This document shows positions 48,501-62,020 of a stretch of DNA of 64,000 bases, piece after piece (position 1 is the stretch's first letter; the number at the start of each line of letters is the position of its first letter). Where the stretch lies: NCBI GenBank assembly GCA_965235115.1, contig OZ249436.1, positions 17,114,001 through 17,178,000 of the forward strand, in the 5' to 3' direction. A program made the position numbers and the translations under genes. The DNA is from Laetmonice hystrix. Its lineage: Eukaryota. Below the pieces are notes generated by a model. It searched no databases. It saw nothing but the letters and a program-made list of their open reading frames with translations, and was not told the DNA's origin.

Positions 48501-51500
48501 CTGTCAAATTTCAGCATGCTTTTAACCCGATGAACAAGTCACAATATCCAATACCAACATCCAGTTGGTAAACTTCGATTGGTGAGCAAAAAGTCAGATC
48601 TGATATCTGCAACTAATTCTGATACAGTCTCTGGAAACTTTAATTTTATCAATCTGTTGAATTAAATTACCACAAATTACGTGTTTCCATGGCCCATCTG
48701 TGTGTTTCCCTTACAATATGAGAATTGCCCTATACCTGAGGAGAATAGGGATAGTGTCAGCACATGTGACCACCCGAGGGTGACCAGTCACGTCACGCAG
48801 CAGGTCGTGGAGGGTTGACAGTCTGTTCATAAACAATATCATCAACATTACAACGTCATTGACCTAAATGTTACAATGTCATCAACATCAACGTTACAAC
48901 GTCATCAACCCCAACATTGTCAAACTAGAGGCTCAACCTAAAACACCACATTACACCCTGTAATCATGTACACAAAATATCATCTGCATGGCAACTCAGT
49001 AAACTCTTCATTTTTTCACTATGAGTATTATTCACTCAAATGATATTCAAATGATGTATAGGTTACCCAAAGTTCCAACGTATAACCAGTAAGATAAAGT
49101 AAAAAAAAATATAAATGCCACCTCACCTGTCAATGGTATCTCCTTGACCGGCCTGGGCCCGTAGGATGAAATTGATGAACGGTTTGTAGCGGGGCTCGGT
49201 GAAGTTTTCCATTGCTCGACCTATGACCCCAGCCCTGGCAGTGGCAGTGTCTGAGCTAGCCATCCGTTGGGTGAGTTCCAGTGCGGCAGAGACTAGTGGC
49301 AAGTCTAACAATGTATGCAGGACCTACCGAATAAGATGGAAGTCAAACAAAGCTATCTAAGACTTACATACAACGTGGGTTTCTTGTGTCATATGTACCT
49401 ATATGTCTGTCTGTATCTTATTCCATATGACTGGCATACAATCTAGGTTTACAATACAAGACACCAGAATACAAAAATCCTTCAGCCTTCAGCCCTGCAG
49501 CTTACACATAATGACACATGTGATACTGTGTTATTCTTAATTTCAAAACTGCAGACCTTCTTTGTGTTCAGAGTCTATAAGATGCCGAGCATGTAATACC
49601 ATGCCTGCCTTTCCCACCAGATCCACAAAAGTTCCTGTCAGCAGCTGTGGCTGGTACATACCTCTATGGCTGTTGTTGATGATATAAATGCTGGCAGTAA
49701 CTCAACAAAATCTGACACATAGCAACGGGGATTCCAAGCCAGGATCTGAAATTAAAACATTACGTATCATCCTACCAAAACCAAATTACGGCAGTAAATA
49801 AAGGCAAGACTACTGCAATTATTTAAGTGCCCTTTTGTATACAAGAGCTGATTTAAATCATTACCTTAAAAATGTTAGGAAAGAACTTGGTGAGGAGGCG
49901 TGTTTTTGCTGTGAGAATTTCTTGGTTGTCTTGAATGAACATGATTGTATCGAAGGCCACAGCTGGGTGGCTGTAGGAGAGAGAGAGAACCTGACTGAAG
50001 AACATCTCGTACAGCGGGTTTGGATCGTAAACCACCACTTCACCTAGAGATATCAGAATACATTCCAATCTTAGTTTGGCATATATGTACAAATGTATAT
50101 ACAACCCTTCATTCACAAGGCATTCCACCTCCACCTCACAATGAGAATACTCCAAATCTCCTGTTTACAGTTTGTCAGGGTTCGTTTAGCCCACAGAAAT
50201 CATTACTACATGATCCACACTACTGTTACTCAGCCCACAGAAATCATTACTACATGATCCACACTACTGTTACTCAGCCCACAGAAATCATTACTACATG
50301 ATCCACACTACTGTTACTCAGCCCACAGAAATCATTACTACATGATCCACACTACTGTTACTCAGCCCACAGAAATCATTACTACATGATCCACACTACT
50401 GTTATTCAGCCCACAGAAATCATTACTACGTGATCCACAGTACTGTTACTCAGCCCACAGAAATCATTACTACATGATCCACAGTACTGTTACTCAGCCC
50501 ACAGAAATCATTACTACATGATCCACACTACTGTTACTCAGCCCACAGAAATCATTACTACATGATCCACACTACTGTTATTCAGCCCACAGAAATCATT
50601 ACTACATGATCCACACTACTGTTACTCAGCCCACAGAAATCATTACTACATGATCCACACTACTCTTACAAACCAATATTGACCATTGGTGCTAACTGTG
50701 TTACAGCTTGCACTGATGTTTTGTTGAATTTTGGACAGGGTACATATACCCAGGGGATAATTTTCTTCAGAAGAATTGATTCGCAGTGACTGCTATTCAG
50801 AAGGGATTTGAATAGCAATTCATTGTGAATCATACTGTTTTTGAATCGCAAAGGGGTAATATTGGGTCGCAAACTGCAATGCGAACCTGGATAAATTAAG
50901 CACATAATATTACAGGTTTCAGGTGATCCAGTGCTGTAGTGTCGACTTTTTATAGCCTGGGGCTACTGAATTCTCCAGTCGGGCTACAGGATAAATGTTC
51001 GGGCTAGCCTTAGTTTAGGCCTATCTGAACACACTGGGCTATTGGATTCTCTACTGCCCCTTAGTTCAGGCTACCAGATGCAGAAAGAAAAGTCAACACC
51101 CCTGCAGTGTGAACTCTGATTCTATGTATCATGACTCCTGGCAGAACTTACTGTAGTTGAGGAAGTACTGCATGACCCCCAGGAGCAGACGCATCTGTGA
51201 CTGATTCAGCTTCCCATACAGCCTCTTTATGGCCTCGAAGACGCGTGGGGTCAAGGTCGGGTCACACTGACACAGCTGATCTAAAACCATGATACTCTCA
51301 AGGACACACTGCAAGGAAACAGGAATGAAATGGTAAAGAAATGGTAATGGAATGGTGAGGAAACGACAGCCACTTGTTCAGTTCATACTATTACTAGAGT
51401 CCTTTGTGAACATCAAACAGTTCACCAACATTCACATTAGTCTTGTTTTATAGCTCGATTCATTCCCCCATTACTATTACACAACCTCACACTCACAGCT

Positions 51501-54500
51501 TGTTGAACAATGGCATCTTGTGAAACCTTGGGTTCTGAAACACACCACACAATGACACTACTATCATGGGGTCCAGGTGAAGTTGGGGAGGATTGCTAAC
51601 CCTAAGGATTTGAAACAAACAGGGTGCACACATTCTCAACGAATGCGCTGATACAATTTTGTTTTTGATTTAAAGATGGTTGAGATCAGTTCACAACATA
51701 AACCCTGCTGGCAACCCAAGGATGAAGAGTTTTTTTTATAGTCACTGGGATTTAGTGTGTGACTGCAGGATGCTGAGTCATCTGTTTCTAAGCATCAGTT
51801 TTTGCAATGTCACTGACTAAGCCTCGAGCACACAGAAACTGAATTACAATACAACATCTCAGAAGCTCATTGAGTCATGTGATGTATTCACAATTTAAAG
51901 GCTAAGTTAACAAGGAACTAACTTCTATCCCACTGATCAAGGATCCGCAGACAATATTGCAGTGATGCATCCTCCAGTGTGTGATTCGTCATGGAAGGTG
52001 TCGGGGAGCTGTCTCCAGTACTGCTTACACTGTCCAGGGTTGGGCCGACGTCGCCACCCCCATGCTGGGGACTGACCCCCCTAGTGTACAACAACCACTC
52101 CTGGAGCACAGAGAAACCATGCAGGTTCATCAGCTGGTCGTCCGTGTAATAATTACCTGCCGAGATAATAAAATAAAGTTTCAACAAAAAACGTTCCTGA
52201 ATATTGACTGGCCCCCAAGGAAAACAATATTGTCTTGCATCATTGAAGATTATACATGTGGAATAGGAGGAAGAGCTCTTGGATGGATGGAGAGAGATTT
52301 GTCATTTATCACCAAAACAAAGAGAAACTGACCAACACACAGAGCTGTGAAGAAGTTCTTTGTAACCTGGCCATCAATTTCTGTAACAGGAGGCTCTTCA
52401 TCTCGCTTGAAGAGTCGTCGGGCATACGGGTTTGGTGCCTGATGAACGCTGGCGCCTTGCAGCCACTCCATCAACTGGCAGTCAACAACATGCTGGTGGT
52501 CTACAACAGACAAATGTTGTCAGACAGCAGTCATCAAAGATCCAGTCTGGTACACAATAGATAATAGTTGTCAGACAGTAGTCATCAAAGTACCAGTCTG
52601 GTACACAACACACAACTGTTGTCAGACAGCAGACATCAAAGATCCAATCTGGTACACAATACACAACTGTTGTCAGACAGTAGTCATCAAAGTACCAGTC
52701 TGGTACACAACACAAAACTGTTGTCAGACAGCAGACATCAAAGATCCAATCTGGTACACAATACACAACTGTTGTCAGACAGTAGTCATCAAAGTACCAG
52801 TCTGGTACACAACACAAAACTGTTGTCAGACAGCAGACATCAAAGTACCAGTCTGGTACACAACACAAAACTGTTGTCAGACAGCAGACATCAAAGTACC
52901 AGTCTGGTACACAATACACAACTGTTGTCAGACAGTAGTCATCAAAGATCCAGTCTACACAACACACAACTGTTGTCAGACAGCAGTCATCAAAGTACCA
53001 GTCTGGTACACAATACACAACTGTTGTCAGACAGCAGACATCAAAGTACCAGTCTGGTACTTTGATAACAGATAAGGGTTACAGTCAGCCAGTATCAGGT
53101 TGGGAGTCCATTTAAATATCCACAAACCTTTTGTGATGGCCATGGAGTGACACTGAGCCAGGTGCCCTAACGCTGCTAGAGCCCAACTTTGTACTTCTGC
53201 TGTGTAGCCTACTGTTGTTAACCATCTGCACTTCCAACAAAACAACTCAAGGTCAGAAAATCCTGTTGAGATGTAAAAGAATGTCTTGCACAGTTGTGCT
53301 ACTGTCTATTTTCATCTTACCAAGCAATAACACTTTATATGGATGATGCAGAGTCATGTACCCATACATAAACAACTAGTTCAGAGATCCGTTACATTTA
53401 CTTGATGCTGGTGTGGTGCTCACCGGACAATTTGTGGACCAATATACTGTAGGACATCTTTGTCACACACCACCTGTTAGATAATGACACAGTGAAGTTA
53501 GAATACTGACATCCTGCCTTCATGAACATTCTATCAAAATAAATACAAAATTTACCTGTGTCATCATCCATTCAAAATGTTGTAGGGGGTAGCATTTACA
53601 ATGTTGTATGGTATAGTATTTAAAATGTTGTAGGATGTAGTATTTAAAATGTTGTCGGGTGTAGTATTTAAAATGATGTAGGGTGTAGTATATATGTTGT
53701 AGGGTGTAGTATTTCAAATGTTGTCGGGTGTAGTATTTAAAATGATGTAGGGTGTAGTATATATATGTTGTAGGGTGTAGTATTTCAAATGTTGTCGGGT
53801 GTAGTATTTAAAATAAAACAGGTACCTGATTCATGACCACTGGTAGTATATATGGTATCTGATTCTCATCACATGCCAGTGCTCCTTGTGGTAGGTTCAG
53901 GTTTGCCAAGGGTGCCATCTCTGACAACACTGCACTGGCAATTGTTTTTAAATGTTGCAGAGACTTGTCCCTCAAAAGTAGGATCTTCACAAGGGCATCG
54001 CAGAGTTGCTGGGGTAACCTAAATGATGTCATATTAATGTGTTAAATTTGAAACTGTTCAAACAGGAATTTTCAGTTTTACTCTTCCTTTTATATATAGG
54101 CTAGTTCCAGTCTTGAAATACGACTTTCCCTCTGGAAAAAAGGACCTTGTAAAACCCCAAATATAATTTGTCAAATATAAAGCATACCTGCAATCGGAAC
54201 GACCGAGCCATTTCTGGTTTACTTTGCTTTCGGGAACTAGACTTAGGCAGTAAAAGTGTAGAAATTCTACGGACATTTAACGGGAATCTGCCGGATGCGT
54301 GGTGTGGTCTCTGATCCAGCCGATTGAAAATTTAGTGCAGTCGATCGACCAACTGTTTTAGGTGTTGTGTGCATATAAACAATTTTTCACCAACTGTGAA
54401 TGTTGAAGGGCAAACAAAGGCTCGCATATTGTACCGCACTTAGATCGGCCGGATCAGAGACCACACCACACATCCAGCGGATTCCCAAATGTCCGTAGAA

Positions 54501-55134
54501 TTTCTACACTATCCGAGTCTAGTTCCCGAAAGCAAAGTAAACTGGAAATGGCTTGGTCGTTCCGATTGGCACGCCAGCAGGTAGAACCAGATCTCACCTT
54601 CTATTATTGCGTGTGACATGAACGATAGTGAAGAGTTGGCAGAGAGCGTGGAGAGAGTCTGACACAGCACTGCCTCCACTGATCATCTGTATCAGACCAT
54701 CACTGAACGACTGAAGTTCACTCGCCGAGAGATTTCTGAAATCAGTTCATTGATAATTACATCATCATTATACACTTGTACAGACTACAGTACAGTACAG
54801 CCAGGCCAGTGTACATGGTTTGGGGATATATAACAGGTTTGTTCAAAACAACCTTTCACATGATAACCTAGCCAATATATCGACCTACTCACTGCGTTAC
54901 ACTACGTTCGTAGCGTTAGAAGGATGGCCACATCTAATGATAACCCATCAACAAGGGGTCAACGACGGGGAGGGGGTGGGGCGATCCCAAACCCGAAAAC
55001 AAGAGTAGAAAGTATTCTAAACTTCTCCTTTTATCGCTCAGCTGAGGCTAAAAGAAATACTGTTCAGGATGATTTAAGGCAATGTGCACTAACCTTGCTT
55101 GAAATATCAAGTTTTTTATCCCCTGTTCTACCAT
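45531..55134 (-). CDS. AP5Z1: AP-5 complex subunit zeta-1
   Basis: Exons (minus) 55134-55094, 54735-54598, 54018-53826, 53473-53424, 53225-53128, 52500-52333, 52156-51923, 51534-51497, 51308-51152, 50043-49865, 49745-49662, 49323-49127, 48822-48736, 48441-48319, 47540-47411, 47263-47036, 46259-46108, 45894-45847, 45633-45531 join in frame. PVTEIDG..FFT, YTDDQLMNLHGFSVL..WL, FPNIFKILAWNP, LHTLLDLP, WLVGEYL and KLASRSQDLIPR match AP5Z1. Confidence 0.93.
46387..46536. mobile_element. Harbinger-like palindromic MITE inserted in a duplicated exon copy
   Basis: gggccggttttactaaag...ctttagtaaaacagggcc, hairpin, same family as 24560. Confidence 0.75.
46614..46738. mobile_element. Second Harbinger-like MITE family inserted in the neighbouring exon copy
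   Basis: cag|GAGGGTGTTTCAATAAGTGTGTTGGAC...GTCCGACACGCTTATTGAAACACCCC|ctg; a related short element may lie at ~3465-3543. Confidence 0.75.
47605..48190. repeat. 32-bp minisatellite, ~18 copies, palindromic core CCTCAGCTGAGG
   Basis: ggacctcagctgaggtgagccctgtactgtcc repeated. Confidence 0.95.
50187..50665. repeat. 44-bp minisatellite, ~11 near-identical copies
   Basis: cagcccacagaaatcattactacatgatccacactactgttact. Confidence 0.96.
52505..53062. repeat. 51-bp minisatellite, ~11 copies, abutting an AP5Z1 acceptor
   Basis: acaactgttgtcagacag(c/t)ag(t/a)catcaaagtaccagtctggtacacaa(t/c)ac-type unit; fills most of intron 52501-53127. Confidence 0.95.
53570..53812. repeat. ~21-24-bp AT-rich minisatellite
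   Basis: tttaaaatgttgtagggtgtagta repeated next to the donor at 53825. Confidence 0.9.
54191..54568. mobile_element. Foldback MITE with ~130-bp imperfect inverted arms
   Basis: CAATCGGAACGACCGAGCCATTTC..ACTTTGCTTTCGGGAACTAGACT..GTGTAGAAATTCTACGGACATTT.. mirrored at the right end; flanks gcatacctg / gcacgccag may be a decayed 9-bp TSD. Confidence 0.8.
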
Positions 55135-55237
55135 TTCTGATAAACTTATTTAATGTTCATCTGTACAGTAGTTGTCAACTAGGACCCTTTTGACAGTACG
55201 GTCTCCACCCCCTTTCTTCACCTTCTGTGTGGATAAC

Positions 55238-55364
55238 ACGCTAGGTGGCGCCACCTTTCACGGCTTGTTCTGACTGGTACCCTGCTCAATTCCTTGTTTG
55301 GCGGTGGCGCCGCCTGGCCCCTGGCGGAAGTTAGTATCTGCGCATGCGCTGCTCCCTTAGCAAC
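55238..55364. promoter_or_regulatory. Probable AP5Z1/DNAI2 divergent promoter motifs (CTCF-like, ETS, NRF1, RFX X-box)
   Basis: acgctaggtggcgcca 55238-55253, gcggaagt 55324-55331, tgcgcatgcgc 55339-55349, gctcccttagcaac 55351-55364 (reverse GTTGCTAAGGGAGC); CpG-rich; motif match only. Confidence 0.55.
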
Positions 55365-56628
55365 ACACCACGCCATCACTGACAGCTGAAAGTTCTGCGA
55401 CGTCAGACGGAATTCAGTTGTGTGGTGTTTTTAAAAGTTTCAACAAGCTCCGTGGCGAGAACAAACGGTTAGCAGAGTAAGTACCTCATATAGGATTCGC
55501 TTATGGAGTTAACATTCGATTCTTCAGAAGATAAAGCAGCAAAAGTCAGTCATTGCTATTTTGTCCTCATCTCATTCTCAATCAATGCTAGACGGAGTAT
55601 CGTCCCCAGTGTAGGGACGGACAGCGTTAACCCGAAAAACCCTACCTCCGATGTCAATCACTCGCTGTGCAAAATCCATCGTAACTACTGCCAGTTGAGG
55701 TGTCAATTCTAACGCAGCCCATCTTCTGTTCCTCTGCTGCACACTTTTCCGAGGATTTTTGCCCAAAGTTTTAATAAATCAGACTTCCGAAATTGCGAAT
55801 CGCGCTGTTTCACTGCCGTTAGCCGCCATACTGTTTGTTCTACTGCGCATGTTCAAAACACGCACACTGGCGACCAGCAGGGGAGCATTTATTATTCTAG
55901 ACCGAACAGCAATTCCTCCATTATGGCGCCGAACTAGTAGCCAACGTTTGAAATGACTGCTCCCTTCGTGAGCTTGACCCCGGATGTGGATTTACAGAAA
56001 TGGCGCCGGTTGTAAGACTATGGAAAGTGGTCGCTTGGTTTGGAAAATTGGCCGGATCTGTTGCTTAGAGGAACACCAAGTAAGTTCATTGGGCTCAGTA
56101 GCTGAAGGTAAAGGCAATCTTTTATTTGAAGTGTTGGAAGAGGTGCGGAAGCACATTCATTCTGCGCAAGAACGTTTGGTCTCGTAGCCCGTTCGCTAGC
56201 GGATAGGCCGTACACACGTACGGCCTATGTTAGAGGCTAAATCAATGCGGGTCCCTCAATCAATCCAATGCAATCGCCAGTGCCATGCAGTGTCGGTACA
56301 CTAGCTGACTGTACTGTACTGTCTGACTGTAGTAGTGTAGATCATGGTCACAGTACGGTAACACGTACAGTGTTTACTGTTACTGTTAGGCCGTTTACAT
56401 AGTACAGAGCCAGAACAAGAAGTCACAAGACTCAACTTAAGAAGTTGTTAGAGAACGTTACATTCCCGTCTAACTCTTCTGAGTCTTCAGCACTACACTC
56501 TACAGCAGGCTCTTCTTTATGTTCGTATTTGACTCAATGACGGTGATGAGTCTGTGTAGATCTAGATGTTGAAAACGATTTCAACGTTCAATCCTAAATT
56601 AATATTCATCATGTTTCAGTAAACCACC

Positions 56629-59600
56629 ATGGAGATAGTGTATGTTTACACAAAGAAACGAGCCGAGTTTGGTCGGCAGTGTAACTTCTCAGATCGACCT
56701 GCGGAGCTCCATGTAGATATCGTGCCAGATCCATCACTGGCAGACAACTTCATCGAGAGAAATCCAGTAGACACATCGACGCAAAATGTGCAGGAAATGT
56801 CCGAACATGAGGTACAAATTAGTGGAACAGTTTATTATTTTGTTCAGTTTGTTAAAAATGATTTGTAATAATATGTAACAATGTGGTAATTCTTCATTTC
56901 GTTAATTTTCATTTTGTTGATTATGATGAAGCACAGCAGATTAACTTTATTTTTCTTAGAACATCATAATTAGATATTTTACAATTTTTCATACCGTTTA
57001 ACTAGTCTTTTATGTATTATTGTTTTCAAGGTCAACACGGAAAGATTTGAAACTGATACAAGAGGTATCAACCACACAGAGGGTGGTTGGCCAAAAGATG
57101 TCAACTCGCAAGAAATTGAGCAAGTAATGCGTTACAGAAAGAAGGTGGAAAAAGATGAGAGTTATATGTATACCATTCAACAGTTGGCTGGCGTGATGGA
57201 GCACTGCATTCGACAGAACAATGCCATCGATATCTATGAGGAATACTTTGATGATCTCGATGTGGACATAGAGGATGAAGTACCATCTGCCAAAACAATC
57301 AACGTATTCAGGTTGGAAGACTCTGTGCTACCCATAGGGCTTTCATATTGGATGATTTTTCTTCCTAGAGCATTTTTAATTGATGCATTGAAATCACTAT
57401 AGCCAGTAAAGCTCTTGTGTGGCCAAAGAGTAAAAACCTGTGTCAGTGCATGTCTTTTACAGATCTATACATGTGTGCTAAATTTCAGAGATCCTAATGA
57501 GCTGAAGAGAACTAGCACACACATCTCATGGTTTCCTGATGGTCCGCGTAAACTTGCCATCGCTTACTGTAACTTAGATTTCCAAGGTTCATCACCAAAC
57601 ACCTCATATGACTCCTACATCTGGGACGTGGGTATGTATATAAGTTTCTCATTCTCACATTTTAGTCAGAAGATTTAAATATGACATGATATAATTATGT
57701 AATATCATATTGAGTTCCCAATATTATTTGCAGCTAAAAATTTGTGCCACCTTTTGATGACTCAGGCCAAAAACTGGCAGAAGAACAAGTCGAATTAAAT
57801 AGCAATCTTGTTCTGTCAACACTGCTACATACTTTTGTTCTTCCAGAGAACCCCAACAAACCAGAGATGACCCTAAAGCCAGTGTCACCCCTTGTATGTC
57901 TCGAGTACAATCCCAAAGACTCTCACATCCTGATTGGAGGACAGTATAACGGACAGATTGCCTACTGGGACACAAGGAAGGGGTCACAGCCAGTTGAAAT
58001 GTCACCCATTGAACAGAGCCACAGAGATCCTGCGTATAAAACAATCTGGTTACAGTCGAAGACAGGCACTGAGTGCTTCTCTACCTCCACCGATGGCCAG
58101 GTACTGTGGTGGGACACACGCAAACTGGGAGAACCAACGGAAAAACTCTACCTCGACCCAACAAAAAAACAGGATTTCAATAAGGCCCAAGGTGCCATGG
58201 CCCTTGAGTATGAACCCACAATGGTAAGTGCTTGTCTTAGCATGCATCACTATTTAAGTAGATTAGTTATACCATCAGCACACAAGAATATCACAGATTG
58301 GTTTGAATGTTGCATGTCTATTTTGTCCTTTCATTATAAACATAAGTTTATCATTAATTTTATTATAGCTTGCAAATCTTTCATCGGTATTGGATGGTTC
58401 ATTTTTCAGCCGACAAAATTCATGGTTGGAACAGAGCAAGGAAATGTAATGTCATGTAACAGGAAGGCCAAGACACCTGGCGAGAAGATTGTAGCCATTT
58501 ACCCCGGCCACCACGGTCCTGTCTATTCACTGCAGAGAAATCCATTCTTCCCCAAGAACTTCCTCACAGTGGGAGACTGGACAGCCAGGGTAAGTTGGCA
58601 GCAAACATGCAGACCTAGGCCTAGGGCCGGCAGAGTCTGGCAAAGGGTTTTTGTGGAAATGTTTTAGTGAAGTTGATTGAGACTGGGTATTGGAGACATG
58701 TACCCAGCTGCCAAGAGTATGAAGGGCTAATTCATCGAAATTATGATCAGGTGGTATATATGGTCTGGCTACACAGATGAAAAAAAAAATTGTTTGACTT
58801 CCAGATTTGGTCTGAAGACATACGGGAGTCATCCATCATGTGGACCAAGTATCACATGGCATACCTGACAGACGGATGCTGGAGTCCCGTTCGACCAGCT
58901 GTCTTCTACACGACAAAGATGGATGGAACACTGGATATCTGGGACGTCATCTTCAAACAGAATGATCCCACACTCAGTTTACAGGTAGGAGAGTTCTCTC
59001 TCTGGCAAAGATTTGTTTTATGGAAACATGATGAATGTTTTTAGTTTTGATGCTGTATCCTTTGCTAAAACCTGCAGGGTAGTTTGCTGGCAGACCATGG
59101 TTAATTATTAATAATCAAAGAGCAGAACTTTCTAAGTTCCTCAGGTTTTAAAAATATTTCCTGTATTTTGCTTGATTGTTGGCAGGTGTGTGACGAGCCC
59201 TTGTACAGTATTAGGGTACAGGACAACGGACGTCTGATAGCGACAGGATCACAGACAGGGACAACAACACTCCTCGAACTCTCTAACAGTTTATGTACAC
59301 TACAGAGGAACGAGAAGGGACTCGTCACAGCGGTCAGTATACTGAGTACAGGCAGGGAGATTTTACAGGGAAAAATGAAAACACAGCAAGTTGGAAGAAG
59401 AGTGATTTCAAAGATAGAACTAAAGCACAACCCCAAGTTCCAACTGCCTTACAGTCAACAGTTAAAGCTTTGACTGAATCATTCTAATTTGAATTAGTGA
59501 ACTTTTGTCTTCAATGAAAAAGTTCAGTTAACCTGACACTAGTTGACACATATAATTCAGTTAACCTGACACTAGTTGACACATATAATTCAGTTAACCT

Positions 59601-59818
59601 GACACCTATGTGACACATATAATTAGGAAAGATTATGCTGTCCTAGTGAGTCTAAAGAATAGAAACATGCTCTGAATTACCTGTGCACATGTATGATGGG
59701 TTTGTTTGTTTTTTTCCTCCAGATGTTTGAACGCGAGACTCGCCGCGAGAAGATCCTTGAAGCCAGACACAGAGAAATGAAACTAAAGGAACGTGCTAAG
59801 AGTTCCCAAGGAGAAAAG
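56629..59818 (+). CDS. DNAI2: Dynein axonemal intermediate chain 2 (IC2/IC69-like WD40), C-terminal exons not found in window
   Basis: Exons 56629-56811, 57031-57311, 57489-57631, 57847-58223, 58410-58589, 58805-58984, 59186-59332, 59723-59818. [80 protein letters not shown] and [18 protein letters not shown] match DNAI2; no stop reached. Confidence 0.95.
59523..59623. repeat. 33-bp tandem repeat, ~3 copies
   Basis: ttcagttaacctgacactagttgacacatataa. Confidence 0.9.
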
Positions 59819-60796
59819 GTAGGCAGGAAGATTTTTCTGACACTTGGTCGAAGAGAGAACTCTTCGACTAGTATATTGTTCTGTCCGCTCGAACAGCCTC
59901 CCTGGGACGGTCCACTCCAACTATCTATGTTTTCTCGTTATTCTTTGAATTGATGCTGGAGGACAGCTTTTCTTGTTGTAATTTTAATTTCAAACTAATT
60001 TTAGATTTAGGCATCAGATAAGCATCTTTCTTGATTCATAAGTTGTTTTGAAAATTATGTCATCAAATACTCAGGGTATATCCTTTATTTTTGTATTTTA
60101 GGTAAATAGTTTAACTTTAGAATTTAACTCATGCATGCATTACCTGTATCAAGCAGAGTATTCTTAATATAAACTTTTTGAATCACATAAAATATGTTTA
60201 ATAACATAATTTTTATCTAATGCCACTGCATGATGACTCAGTTGTTACATATGAAATTTTGATTTAAAAAAAATCGCTTTAAATTATGACCTGTTTCCTT
60301 GTCTGTCATATTGCGTCTGTCACAAAGTGCTCATGTCATGGGTCTGGTGATGACACCATCTGTTTTATGTGTACCATGTCAATTTTTAAAAACGATTTTC
60401 CTACTTGTTGAAGTACAATGATGATGGAGTGGAGCGGGTAAGTCATGCCCCACGGAGCCCCCTCCCCCTCCCTCCCAACAATCTGAGAGATTTTGTTATT
60501 TATTTTTCGGGAGTGTAATGGTGTTATACCCTGGTGTATGGTAGCCAATGGTCTCCCATCTCCACCAACTACACAGTCGACCAGTTGGAGGTCTCTTAGA
60601 ACTGAGAGTAGCTCTCATGAATAGTGATAGTAGGATCATCACCTTACCTGTATGATATGTTGTTGTAACCAGTCAGATAGTCGGAGTATCCATACCTCTC
60701 ATTAGTCTCAGAGATAGTGTTAGTATTTACAGCACCGTGACACTTGGTGTTAGCATACCCAGACCTGTGTTACCTGATACTCTTTTACAGTACCAG

Positions 60797-60949
60797 GGGC
60801 CGTCTTACTAAGGTCTGGTTATTAATGATATCGTTAAATTACACAGGAGCCAATGAGAGCCCGACTGGTTATTAACTAGTGGACTCCCATTCACTTCTAT
60901 ACTAACTTAACGATACCGTTAATAACCAGACCTTTGTAAGACGGGCTCC
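60797..60949. mobile_element. Harbinger-like MITE (same family as 24560)
   Basis: cag|gggccgtcttactaaggtctggttattaa...ttaataaccagacctttgtaagacgggctcc. Confidence 0.7.
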
Positions 60950-62020
60950 CGATGGGTACATAAGTCATTATTTTGAAGACATAATCATTATATCGAGTGA
61001 CTGGCATGCATTGTTAGATTTGGAAGGTTTTGCTGTGTATTTGAGATTTCTAATTGATGTGAGGCAATGGCTACTATTTGACCAAGAAATATGTGGAGAC
61101 TTTTAAAAAGAGCCGGTTTTGATGCAAGCTTTGTATTAAGTGTAACTGTAAGCACTGCCTTGTGCAGGAACTATGAGGTGCATTTTTTGACCAGCACTGG
61201 TTTATTTTCACTTCAAAAAGAGATGAAAAAGGAAGTTCTAAACAACAGCTCACGAAGAATCTAGTTTTTTTCGATTTGATGGATTCATGATCTTTTCTAT
61301 TCCGGCCCTTGATTTGATATTACTCCACATATTTCAAGGTTTTCCTCAAACCATTGTCCTGAGAAGGACAGTGGTTGTTTAGACATTGACCTCATATCAG
61401 GAGAACTTTACCGACGTGGACGGCCAGTTGAGACTTGGTGGGAGTGGAGTATATACTATCACACATAATTCCTCAGGTTACCCGGTGGTACCCCTACGTA
61501 CCCTGGTAGTAGTTACCCAAACTACGGGAATCCTTACCCACCCACCCCTACCCCTGGTTTTGTCTTACAACCCCAGTGTTGTTCAGTTTAATTCAACCTT
61601 CCATTTGTGATAATGCTGTGGCGCCACCTATAACGAGTTTGTCATCAGTCATGGCGGCAGACGGCCATGACAACGATGACACAGACGTTGGTTCCTTTGT
61701 TTTAACAGATCTACAACTTCAAATTTCGATATTCTCTCATTATCTGGACATTATGTGACACATTTTTGTGATTTCTTCTTTCTGTTTCAGTAATTTAGTG
61801 ATTTTAATATGTGTAGACATTCGACTACAGTAACACTTGAAGAGAGAACTTTTAGCTATCACTAGCTGATGACATCTGTTTCCCATGCTAACCACCGTTC
61901 TGTTGCATTTTGCTAAAACAAAGGAATTAAGGGTACACGTTTTGAAACCCCCAGCTGAAGGGCTGAATTAAGTTACAACAAATGTATATTAAATGCTTCA
62001 AAAAAATAGTGTTTATGTGT

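Noticed and set aside
52482..53065. Cys-rich 178-aa and 165-aa ORFs
   Set aside because: 51-bp (17-codon) intronic minisatellite; the flanking AP5Z1 exons join in frame without it.
55578..55829. Small minus-strand ORFs upstream of AP5Z1
   Set aside because: No recognisable homology, early stops, and the AP5Z1 start is accounted for at 55134.
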